Assembly (NCBI GenBank): GCA_036918135.1
Contig: JBALDB010000015.1
Location: forward strand, 96,001-160,000
DNA length: 64,000 nucleotides
Direction of reading: 5' to 3'
Origin: Nostoc sp.
GTDB taxonomy: Bacteria; Cyanobacteriota; Cyanobacteriia; Cyanobacteriales; Nostocaceae
Part shown: positions 33,375-42,212 of the stretch, one piece after another
How positions within the stretch are numbered: the first letter of the stretch is position 1
Layout of the letters: each line of letters opens with the position of its first letter
Position numbers and translations under genes: made by a program
The notes under the pieces: generated by a model
Seen by the model: the letters and a program-made list of their open reading frames with translations, nothing else
Told to the model about the DNA's origin: nothing
Databases searched by the model: none

Positions 33375-34661
33375 ATGACTATGAATAAAATCGCTTATCT
33401 TCAATGTCCGACAGGAATCTCCGGTGACATGTGCCTGGGAGCATTGGTCAGTTTGGGTGTTCCTGTGGAGTATTTAATTGAAAAACTCAATGGATTGGGA
33501 ATTGAACGCGAATATGAGTTAACAGCAGAACCTGTGCAACGCAATGGTCAGCAGGCGACTAAAGTACACGTGCATTTAGTAGACCATCATCACCACCACG
33601 ATCGCGAACACAGTCATCATCACGGCCGGCATCTGCCAGAAATAGAGGCAATGATTTTCAAAGCGGGATTGCCATCACGGGCACAAGCTTGGAGTTTGGC
33701 AGTATTCCGGCAGCTAGCAGTAGCAGAAGGGGCAGTGCATGGCATTTCTCCTGAAAAAGTTCATTTTCATGAGGTAGGTGCTGTAGATGCGATTGTCGAT
33801 ATTGTGGGGACTTGCTTAGGGTTAGATTGGTTAGGGATTGAGAGCAACGAGTCAGGATTGCCCTTACTATATTGCTCGGCATTTCCGACTGGTGGCGGCA
33901 TCGTTAAGGCAGCACACGGCCAAATGGCTGTACCAGTACCAGCGGTATTAAAGCTGTGGGAAATGCGGAGTTGTCCAGTTTATAGCAACGGTATTGAACG
34001 AGAACTGGTGACACCAACAGGAGCGGCGATCGCCACTACCTTGGCCAGAGAATTTGGTTCACCACCCCCGATCGCTATCAAGCAGATAGGATTGGGAGCA
34101 GGAACCATAAATTTACCCATCCCCAATATTTTACGCCTCTGGCTGGGCGAAAGCGCAATTTTACAGTCGGATTTCAATGATTCTAGGGATAATAGCTCAA
34201 ATCTAGAAACCATATCCGTACTAGAAACCCAAATTGATGATTTAAATCCTCAAGCGATCGGTTACGTGTTTGAAGCCTTGTTTGCGGCTGGTGCGCTGGA
34301 TGTTTTTACTCAAGCGATCGCCATGAAAAAGTCCCGTCCAGGGATTTTGCTAACTGTAATCTGTCATCCAGATAATTTACTTCGTTGTGAAGCAGTTATA
34401 TTCCGCGAAACCACAACATTGGGTATTCGGCGAACTAATCAACAACGTGCCATTTTAGAACGAGAAAGTCAACAAGTGGAAACTGAATATGGCAAAGTGC
34501 GCGTCAAAGTAGCATGGAAAGGGCGATCGCCAGAAAAAGTTATTGCTAATGTGCAGCCAGAGTATGAAGATTGTGCAGAATTAGCCAAAAAACATAATAT
34601 TCCCTGGCGGGAAATTCAACGGCTAGCGCTACAGCGTTGGTATTTAGAGAATCAAAGTTAG
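33375..34661 (+). CDS. larC: Nickel pincer cofactor biosynthesis protein LarC
   Basis: GISGDM, His-rich loop, VHFHEVGAVD, TPTGAA, MKKSRPG, ETTTLGIR, PEYED. Confidence 0.93.
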   Translation: MTMNKIAYLQCPTGISGDMCLGALVSLGVPVEYLIEKLNGLGIEREYELTAEPVQRNGQQATKVHVHLVDHHHHHDREHSHHHGRHLPEIEAMIFKAGLPSRAQAWSLAVFRQLAVAEGAVHGISPEKVHFHEVGAVDAIVDIVGTCLGLDWLGIESNESGLPLLYCSAFPTGGGIVKAAHGQMAVPVPAVLKLWEMRSCPVYSNGIERELVTPTGAAIATTLAREFGSPPPIAIKQIGLGAGTINLPIPNILRLWLGESAILQSDFNDSRDNSSNLETISVLETQIDDLNPQAIGYVFEALFAAGALDVFTQAIAMKKSRPGILLTVICHPDNLLRCEAVIFRETTTLGIRRTNQQRAILERESQQVETEYGKVRVKVAWKGRSPEKVIANVQPEYEDCAELAKKHNIPWREIQRLALQRWYLENQS

Positions 34662-35011
34662 GCTACTCAAATCTTGCGCCAAAGCCAAAAGACTGAAAGT
34701 TGTGGCTAAATAAATTAAGTTTGCTCTCAAGTTCTCAATCTCAAAAAAGTCTGGGCTAATACCGTTTTACTGTAAAGCTCCGCCAAACTCTCTTACATCT
34801 GGAGTTTGTTGTGTCCTTTGCGTCTACCCTATCGTAAGCCACTTGTCTAAGAAACGCTGCACGAACGTGTCTAAGTGGTTCGTTTTTAATTTCCTAAAAA
34901 GGGTAAGACTTAAAGTCATAAAAGCCTGCTTACGCAGGCTTTGTTTGAGTAGTGCCAGATTTAAGTCTCTGAGCGCTTTAAGATTTTTGCAAGAAAATTG
35001 AATGACTTATT

Positions 35012-35578
35012 TTAATCTACGTTTCTAACTGTCCTTTTTACCGCGTCACCTGCATCTTCAGCTCCACGCTGAACATTTTTCGTCACGTCTTCAGTAGCAT
35101 TCTGGGTATTACCCTTAATATTTTCAATTCCTCGCTTAGTCCCCTTAGCTACACCTTCCCCAACTTCTTTAGCTGAACTGCCAATATCTTCACCCAAATT
35201 TTTGACTCTTTCACCTAAAGGTGTACCTTTTTGGAAATTTTTGACATATTGTTCTCGAGAGTCAACACTTTTCTGCTCGATGTTCTTCTGAGCATTTTTT
35301 GCTAGCGCATCAGCTCTATCATTAGCTGCCTTTTCATCTAATGCTCTAGGATCTACATCACTGAAGTTATTTATTCCACCAGTGGGAGAAGACAGAGGAT
35401 AATCTTTCGTGGGATCGTATCGTTCAGTATTAGGTGCTTGAGCGCCAGGCTGTGGTGGTTGCGTTGCTATTCCCGGAGCACCACAAGCTTGGGTCAAAAA
35501 CAGAAACATGCCTGCCAAAAAAACCGTTAAAATTTTCAAGGGACGAATATTTTTCAGCCAAGTACCTACTTTTTTCAT
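35012..35578 (-). CDS. Putative lipoprotein with hydrophilic LEA-like C-terminus
   Basis: Signal peptide with LTQAC lipobox; likely start MKKVG at 35578. Confidence 0.6.
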   Translation of the reverse strand: MKKVGTWLKNIRPLKILTVFLAGMFLFLTQACGAPGIATQPPQPGAQAPNTERYDPTKDYPLSSPTGGINNFSDVDPRALDEKAANDRADALAKNAQKNIEQKSVDSREQYVKNFQKGTPLGERVKNLGEDIGSSAKEVGEGVAKGTKRGIENIKGNTQNATEDVTKNVQRGAEDAGDAVKRTVRNVD

Positions 35579-35678
35579 ACTTCTACTCCCTGCATTTTTG
35601 TCATGTAAGTTAATTATCAGCCAAAATGGCATTTGTAATTAATTAACAAATCTCAAACTTTGAGACAAAATTAAAGTT

Positions 35679-36245
35679 CTATCTGTTGAGTGCTGGATTT
35701 GGTTGTAATTCAGGTCTGGCACTGCCCTCATCTGCCTTGTCTTTCAAAAAGCCAGAAGCCTTCTCAACAGTCTCTTTTACAGTCTCAAGCCGCTCTTTAA
35801 CGCGAGTTCCTACATTGGGTTCGTTTTGAATCAAACCACCGGGTTTAGGCTGTTGAAAGTCCTCTTCAGTGATGATTGGCAGTTCCGCGTCTTTGTTAAT
35901 TCTACCTGCTGGTGTCTCAGCACCAGGATAGAGTATCTCAGATTCACTATTCGTAGCAATCAACAATTGTGGGCTTAGTTGTAGGCTAGCTTGGTCACGT
36001 CCTTGATTCTTTTTTGGGTTTGTTATTTTGGGGTCAGTGGACATTCTGTAGTTGGTATACTTATCTCCACCGTTCTTATAAGGATTGTTCGCTCCACCAG
36101 CTTGCACGGCAGGATTTTGGGGATTTGCACCTTGGGCATTTGCCCCACTACAAGCAGTGTTAACTATCAATAATAGTCCAGCTAAAAAGACAGTCAATAT
36201 TTGGCGTAATCGTAGTTTTTTCAAGAATACTATCACAGCGTTCAC
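35679..36245 (-). CDS. Putative lipoprotein (DUF6658-like)
   Basis: Signal peptide with VNTAC lipobox; QAGGANNPYK motif. Confidence 0.6.
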   Translation of the reverse strand: MNAVIVFLKKLRLRQILTVFLAGLLLIVNTACSGANAQGANPQNPAVQAGGANNPYKNGGDKYTNYRMSTDPKITNPKKNQGRDQASLQLSPQLLIATNSESEILYPGAETPAGRINKDAELPIITEEDFQQPKPGGLIQNEPNVGTRVKERLETVKETVEKASGFLKDKADEGSARPELQPNPALNR

Positions 36246-36588
36246 AGAATCCTCCTTACCGAACTATTAATTAAGTTCATAAATTTGCTGAATGATTTAA
36301 TTTATCAGCAAGTTTTTGTACTTGTTTTTTTTGGCTAATCTTTAATAACCTTTATTAAGAATATGAATGATTAAATAAGCTTTACCTCTAGCGCAAGTCA
36401 CATTTTAATTAATATAAAAACAATATTTTTATCTAACTCTAGAGAGATATAAATTAAAATAATAATTATTGGTTATAAATATGACGAATAAAATAATAAG
36501 ATTTTCAAAGTTCTGGATATATAGCTTATATATCACCAAATTTGAAGTATTTAGCCCTTATTCCTTTAACCGTTAAATTACTAAATTC

Positions 36589-37506
36589 ATGAAGCAATTT
36601 TTACACTGGATAATTTGGGGTGGAACGTTGTTTTTTTTAGGGAAAGCCCTGAAGGATAATTGGATTGAAGTGATTGCTATCCGCATTGATGGGGTAGGAT
36701 GGGCAATTATAGCGATCGCAACAGTTGTTACTTTACTGGCACATACCTGGGCTGGCTGGATTTGGACTTGGGTTTTACAAGAGTTAAATCAACCCGTATC
36801 ATCTTCCCAGTTTATCCAAGTTTACCTAAAAACTAATATTGCCAAGTATTTGCCAGGTAATATCTGGCATTACTACGGACGAATTCTTGCCGCCAAAAAT
36901 GCCAATGTTTCTGCTGGTGCAGCTACCTTAAGCGTTTTGCTCGAACCGTTACTTATGGCAACGGCTGCTTTAATCATTATTATTCTATTCAGTAGCAAAT
37001 TTGCTGCAAATACTACTGTAATTGGACAATCCTTACAATTAGTAAGTTTAGCTGTGGTGCTTTGTGCAGTTCATCCCCGATTTTTAAACCCAGCTATTCG
37101 TTTTTTATCCAAACTTAAGGCAAAAAAAACCGATCCTAATACTCAGCCAAGTGTCGTTTTAACTATTAAACGCTATCCTCTACGACCTTTATTAGGGGAA
37201 TTGGGCTTTTTAGGTTTGCGTGGCATCGGGTTTATTTTAACTGTATTTGCACTTAATTCTGTTAATTGGAATCAGATTCCCTTGTTACTAGGGGCTTTTA
37301 GTTGCGCTTGGTTGCTGGGGTTAGTGATTCCAGGTGCACCAGGTGGGTTAGGCGTGTTTGAAGCGACTGCTTATCAACTTTTACGACACGAGTTTCCAGC
37401 AGCCTTAATATTTAGTGCGATCGCTCTATATCGCCTCGTTAGTATTCTAGCGGAAACTGCTGGTGCTGCCTTGGCTTGGTTACACCAAGGGCTTGCCAAA
37501 TCATGA
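36589..37506 (+). CDS. UPF0104 / lysylphosphatidylglycerol synthase TM-domain protein
   Basis: KYLPGNIW, PGAPGGLGVFE, YRL; multiple TM helices. Confidence 0.85.
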   Translation: MKQFLHWIIWGGTLFFLGKALKDNWIEVIAIRIDGVGWAIIAIATVVTLLAHTWAGWIWTWVLQELNQPVSSSQFIQVYLKTNIAKYLPGNIWHYYGRILAAKNANVSAGAATLSVLLEPLLMATAALIIIILFSSKFAANTTVIGQSLQLVSLAVVLCAVHPRFLNPAIRFLSKLKAKKTDPNTQPSVVLTIKRYPLRPLLGELGFLGLRGIGFILTVFALNSVNWNQIPLLLGAFSCAWLLGLVIPGAPGGLGVFEATAYQLLRHEFPAALIFSAIALYRLVSILAETAGAALAWLHQGLAKS

Positions 37507-37544
37507 ATAATTCGTAATTATAAACTACAAATTATCAATTGTTT

Positions 37545-37653
37545 TATAGCACGAGGCCAAGGGCAGGAGGCAGCTATGCTGGAGGTAAAAACATTACTCT
37601 TCCTGATATTCATGCTTGTTATTATATTCTAACGTTATATGACTACGGCTATA
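37545..37653. repeat. Dispersed MITE-like repeat (copy B, inverted relative to 14188-14273)
   Basis: TATAGC...GCTATA ends; internal sequence aligns to copy A. Confidence 0.75.
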
Positions 37654-38157
37654 TTATCAATTTTGAGTTAGCATCAAGGGCGTATTTTTCGCTTATCTCT
37701 ATGCATTCAATCTCTGCGAGCGGATTTTTAAATCAACTTCAGAAAATTTTAATTATTTAGCAGTTATTTATATTAATAAATAAAAATTGTGACTTTACCC
37801 ATAACTTTGCCACTCTTGGAAGCATAACTTTGCCGCAGTAGGGCCTAAAACCCTTATTGTTCGGTGAGGATATGATCCCTGTTTCTTAAGTAATGGAACC
37901 ATAAGTTTGCCGCTAATATAATTTTGAAGCATAAGCTTGCCGCGAGTTATTTTTCCCCTTCTTGAACTAAAAAAATTGAACTTTCTAGTCTTAAAGGTTG
38001 CGCGTCTCAAGGTAGCCAGAATGCGACTTATATTCGCGCTATTTTCCCCTGAAATTTTTCCTTTTGATTGAAGTGTCTGTCAAGAATTCAATACAGCGCG
38101 ATATTTGGTTGACTAGTTCTTCTATTAGCTCATCTTCCCACGAGTAATTATAAAATT

Positions 38158-38343
38158 TTATTTCTTGTAGCGCCCCATAAACACAGCCATCATCTGATTC
38201 AACTCGTTAAGCTGTATTTCTAACAAATCAGTTCTTTCCTCTGTAATCTGAACTTGTTCGCGTAATTTATCTATACTTTGCTCCAATAAATCCACCCTGT
38301 CTTCAACAGAATCTTCTGGTAAACCTAAATACTGGGCGATCGC
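38158..38343 (-). pseudogene. 5'-truncated small coiled-coil gene (possibly RHH/CopG-type), within the element
   Basis: AIAQYLG followed by coiled coil; sequence upstream of the HIP1 site is antisense tnsB. Confidence 0.5.
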
Positions 38344-39011
38344 CCATTTGAAATTGCTCATATTGACCATACAGAATTAGATGTTGAATTAGTGTGTTCC
38401 CGTACTGGTCGTTCATTGGGTAGACCTTGGGTAACTTTCTTGATAGATGCTTATTCCAGAAGATTCTTAGCTGTTTATTTGACTTTTGACTCACCTTCCT
38501 ATCGCTCTTGCTTGATGGTGTTACGATTATGCGTTCAACGCCACAACCGTTTACCACAGATAATTGTGGTAGATAACGGTGCAGAATTTCATAGCGTTTA
38601 TTTTGAAACGCTTTTAGCCACTTTTGAATGTACAAAAAAAATCGACCTCCAGCCAAAGCGCGGTTTGGTTCTGTATGCGAACGTCTGTTTGGTACTTCCA
38701 ACACTCAATTTATCCATAACTTGCTCGGTAATACACAGATAACTCGTAACGTTCGCCAAGTAACCAAGTCAGTTAACCCTAAAAATCAAGCTATTTGGAC
38801 ACTGGGATTGCTTTACGAATATCTTTGCGCTTGGGCTTACGAAGTTTACGATGCAGATGAACATCCTGCTCTTTTCCAGAGTCCGAGGGATGCTTTTGTT
38901 ACTGGTATGGCGATCGGCGGTAGTCGGCTTCACCGCATGATTCCTTACGATGAAAACTTTCAGATTCTTACCTTACCTACAACCTCTGAGAGAAAAGCGA
39001 AAGTTCGATAG
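38335..39011 (+). pseudogene. tnsB: TnsB-like DDE transposase catalytic-core fragment with frameshift
   Basis: GDRPFEIAHIDHT, IDAYSRR, VVDNGAEF, then frame change at A8 run 38634-38641 to RPPAKARFGSVCERLFG; both ends missing. Confidence 0.85.
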
Positions 39012-39366
39012 CGATCGCACTCAACAATTACTTGAAAATGTCCTTCAAGCGAATGAACAACCGCTACCTATGACAGCAGTAGCGAAACGCCTTGGGTATC
39101 CTAAGCGAGTTCTTTACAGGCATTTGCCAGAGCTATGCCGAGCGATTTCAGCCGAGTACGTTAAGTATATGAAAGAATCTCGCATCAAACGAATCGAACA
39201 CTGTTGCGAGGAGGTAAAACAAGCTGTTAGGCAAGTTCACACTGAAGGTATTTATCCTAGTGAGGCAGCTATTTCAAAGCTGTTGGCTAAACCAGGATGT
39301 TTTCGCGACAAACAAGTTCGCGCTGCTTTAAGGGCAGCGCGAAGAGAAATTTGTTTGGAACCATAA
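39004..39366 (+). pseudogene. C-terminal fragment of a TnsD/TniQ-like target selector
   Basis: HTH-like repeat (VAKRLGY...LYRHLPELCRAIS; GIYPS); stop codon overlaps the transposon end next to the tRNA. Confidence 0.6.
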
Positions 39367-39459
39367 CCTTGCCACCCTTTATTGGAAGCATAAACTTGCC
39401 GTTGCGGCAAAGTTATGGGTAAAGTCACACAATCGACTTTCGGTATTTTAAATTTTTAG

Positions 39460-39845
39460 TGGGGGTGGAGGGACTTGAACCCACACGACCTTTTACGGTC
39501 AACGGATTTTCATTCTCTTGCAGTTTTCACCGCTACCTGATGACAATAGCCAGTTCAGATTTTGAGAATCGGACTCTCCCTTTACCCTCGACTTAACGTT
39601 AGGGTAGCTCCCGTCGGGTCTCTGCACCTTCCGAATAATTATGAGTTAGGAGTTAAGAGTTATGAGTTTTAAATTTACTCAGGACTCAACACTCACGACT
39701 CAGAACTTTTTTCGGCTTGGCTCAGGATTGCCATGTCTGTCACTAGATTTAGGTTTCCCTGAGTTTGAGAGCTTCCACTTGAGGGATTTCTCCTTCAAGG
39801 CTCAATTATTTAAGTCCGTAGCGTCTACCATTCCGCCACACCCCC
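39460..39845 (-). tRNA. trnL: tRNA-Leu(UAA), intron-containing (exons 39845-39812 and 39510-39460)
   Basis: GGGGGTGTGGCGGAATGGTAGACGCTACGGACTT / AAAATCCGT...GGTTCAAGTCCCTCCACCCCCA. Confidence 0.97.
39511..39811 (-). ncRNA. Group I intron in tRNA-Leu(UAA) anticodon, 301 nt
   Basis: Begins AAATAATTGAGCC, ends GAGAATG; core elements GGTGCAGAGAC and AGAGAGTCC; heptamer-repeat P6b region. Confidence 0.95.
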
Positions 39846-40314
39846 GCAGGTGTTCGGTAACTACTTATTTTGTAGAGGCGGCAAATACCTCCTCATCTAT
39901 TGCATCATCAATTGTGTCTTTTGTCCAACTAGATTGAAAATATTTTTCCAATTGTAAGTCTTTTTTGTTTTTTGCTAACTAATTTGGAGGAATATTTTCG
40001 AGCTTGCTTGACAATAGCATTGATTTGCTACTGGATTTAATATATTAGCATCATCTAGCTGAAATATGTCAATATCAAGACTTTTTTTAATCTTTATAAT
40101 GCGGCGGCGATCGCTAATCCCTTGGTTTATTAATGTTTCGGCAAAGTATGTTGAAAGCACCCTACCACTGGCTAGAAGTGAAATAAACACCTTCTTTCCT
40201 CACTACCTACTCTCTACTCCCTACACCTGTATTTATTGAAAGCATCATGATTACACTTCCCTGAGTTTCGCTCTTGCGCCTATGATGAGAAATAGATGCT
40301 TAGACAAAAAAGTT

Positions 40315-40527
40315 ATGATTGTCGCCCTGCTGTATCTGATTTTGGCTGGAGCTTATCTTCTAATAATCCCGATCGCTGTCTTGCTCTATCTAAAGCAGCG
40401 TTGGTATGCAGCTAGCTCCATCGAGCGCCTGTTGATGTACTTTTTGGTGTTCTTCTTCTTTCCGGGTTTATTGGTTTTATCACCGTTTCTAAATTTTCGA
40501 CCCCGGCCGCGACAAATTGAAGTTTAA
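40315..40527 (+). CDS. ndhL: NDH-1 subunit L
   Basis: RWY...[15 protein letters not shown]; synteny with DUF3007 and trpA. Confidence 0.92.
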   Translation: MIVALLYLILAGAYLLIIPIAVLLYLKQRWYAASSIERLLMYFLVFFFFPGLLVLSPFLNFRPRPRQIEV

Positions 40528-40551
40528 CAAAATTGGTAGGTCATAAATCTC

Positions 40552-40863
40552 ATGCGACGGATTGACGCTATTGGAATTGGCTTAGGCGTTTTTATTGCTG
40601 GTGGCTTGGCGTATGTAGGATTACAGCTAGTCGGCTTCGATAATCAGCAAGCTGGTATATGGAGCCAACTCTTACTAGTGGCTGGGTTAGTTGGCTGGTT
40701 AGCTACCTATTTTTTCCGTGCGGTGGGACAAAAAATGACCTACCACCAACAACGGGAAGAGTATGAGCAAGAATTTCTGCAAAAGCGTTTGGAAGAACTA
40801 ACTCCCGAAGAACTAGCACGAATTCAAACCGAGATAGAACAAGAAGAGCAATCTCAGGTATAA
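40552..40863 (+). CDS. DUF3007 family protein
   Basis: MRRIDAI, MTYHQQ, LQKRLEELTPEE. Confidence 0.88.
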   Translation: MRRIDAIGIGLGVFIAGGLAYVGLQLVGFDNQQAGIWSQLLLVAGLVGWLATYFFRAVGQKMTYHQQREEYEQEFLQKRLEELTPEELARIQTEIEQEEQSQV

Positions 40864-40915
40864 AGTAATCATTGGTCAGTTGTCATTTGTCCTTTGTCCT
40901 TTGTAATTTACCTAA

Positions 40916-41090
40916 GGGGTTGTTTGAAAAGTATTGGGCGAATAGAATTTGTTATTACACGAAGCTTAGTCCACGGAGGTGGACTAACGCAAAAGCTAGG
41001 TTCTTAACCTACCTTCGTGGGTTGAGTCTCGTGTAGGTGGGACTTCCAATTGCCAAGGGAAGTAATTAATTAGACTTTTCAAACATCCTC
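40916..41090. mobile_element. 175-bp MITE with 17-bp TIRs and TAA target duplication
   Basis: GGGGTTGTTTGAAAAGT / ACTTTTCAAACATCCTC (15/17 match), TAA on both sides. Confidence 0.8.
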
Positions 41091-41097
41091 TAATGCT

Positions 41098-41160
41098 AAT
41101 GACCAATGACCAATGACCAATGACCAATGACCAATGACCAATAACCAATGACCAATGACT
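41098..41160. repeat. STRR heptamer array (AATGACC)x9
   Basis: Direct tandem repeats; last unit supplies the trpA ATG. Confidence 0.9.
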
Positions 41161-41997
41161 GCAATTTCTGATTGCTTTGAAACTTTGAGGCACAATCGTG
41201 AGTGTGCTTTGATTCCATTTATTACCGCTGGCGACCCAGATTTAGAAACAACAGCAGCAGCTTTGCAAATTCTGGATCGCAGTGGGGCAGATATCATTGA
41301 ACTGGGTGTACCATACTCCGATCCTCTAGCGGATGGGCCGGTAATTCAAGCTGCTGCTACCCGCGCCTTGCAAAGGGGAACGAAATTTGAGCAGGTGCTG
41401 GAAATGGTGCAAGCAACTACTCCAAAAATGCGATCGCCCATTGTCCTATTTACCTATTACAACCCAATTCTGCACCGGGGAATTGAAAAATTTCTCCAGC
41501 AAGTTGCTGCGGCTGGAGTGGCGGGATTGGTAATACCTGACTTACCTTTAGAAGAGGCCGCAGGTTTACTCGAATCAGCTAGGAAGATGGGAATCGATGT
41601 CACCTTGTTGATAGCTCCCACTAGTTCTGCCGAACGCATACAAGCTATCGCTCGTTCCTCCCAAGGATTTATTTATTTAGTCAGCGTTACAGGCGTAACG
41701 GGGATACGATCGCAAGTACAAACGCGAGTATCAGATTTACTTAAACAAATTCGTGGTGTTACTGATAAACCCATTGGTGTAGGCTTTGGAATCTCTGAAG
41801 CAGCCCAAGGGCGTCAAGTACGCGAATGGGGAGCAGATGCAGTGATTGTAGGTAGTGCTTTTGTGAAACGATTAGCAGAAGGTACACCAGAACAGGGACT
41901 AAATGCGATCGCTGAATTTTGTCAAAGTCTCAAAGCAGCCATTAAGACTACTAACAGTACAAATACTCATCTTAATTGGAGCGAGAAAGTAGATTAA
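41155..41997 (+). CDS. trpA: Tryptophan synthase alpha chain
   Basis: [34 protein letters not shown]. Confidence 0.97.
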   Translation: MTAISDCFETLRHNRECALIPFITAGDPDLETTAAALQILDRSGADIIELGVPYSDPLADGPVIQAAATRALQRGTKFEQVLEMVQATTPKMRSPIVLFTYYNPILHRGIEKFLQQVAAAGVAGLVIPDLPLEEAAGLLESARKMGIDVTLLIAPTSSAERIQAIARSSQGFIYLVSVTGVTGIRSQVQTRVSDLLKQIRGVTDKPIGVGFGISEAAQGRQVREWGADAVIVGSAFVKRLAEGTPEQGLNAIAEFCQSLKAAIKTTNSTNTHLNWSEKVD

Positions 41998-42212
41998 AAA
42001 AGTGTAACAACGTAGTTTTTTTATCCTCAGTTTAGTAGACAATTTGACTGTTCTGGTCTTGAATATTAACATCAGATATCAGGATGTAAAAAAACTAGCT
42101 GATAAAGTCGCTTATAGTCTGAGTATTATGTGAAACGATCGAAAATTATGAGTGTGAGAGTAGATTCAGTCACAAATGATTATAGTTACGTTGCAGTTAA
42201 GGGGCAAAGGCG

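Larger units (their letters stand above)
37788..39429. mobile_element. Internally deleted Tn7-like transposon at tRNA-Leu
   Basis: Perfect 24-bp terminal IR TGTGACTTTACCCATAACTTTGCC; 7 copies of CATAAnnTTGCC; DDE and TniQ-like fragments; 30 bp from tRNA 3' end. Confidence 0.9.

Noticed and set aside
33375..34661. Programmed frameshift or complete lar operon
   Set aside because: larC is one continuous ORF and no larA/B/E genes are adjacent
37539..38010. Short ORFs 37539-37760 (+) and 37795-38010 (-)
   Set aside because: They overlie a dispersed repeat and the transposon end; no protein motifs
37788..39429. Calling the element a CRISPR-associated transposon
   Set aside because: No cas genes, repeats or spacers remain; only a Tn7-like tRNA-associated remnant is supported
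37783..39434. 5-bp target site duplication for the Tn7-like element
   Set aside because: Flanks are AAAAT and CAATC, so no TSD can be claimed; possibly lost by drift or adjacent deletion
39662..39937. 91-aa plus-strand ORF
   Set aside because: Antisense to the tRNA-Leu exon and group I intron
40996..41297. Minus-strand ORFs with HWSLVIG repeats
   Set aside because: Translation artefacts of the heptamer array and antisense trpA
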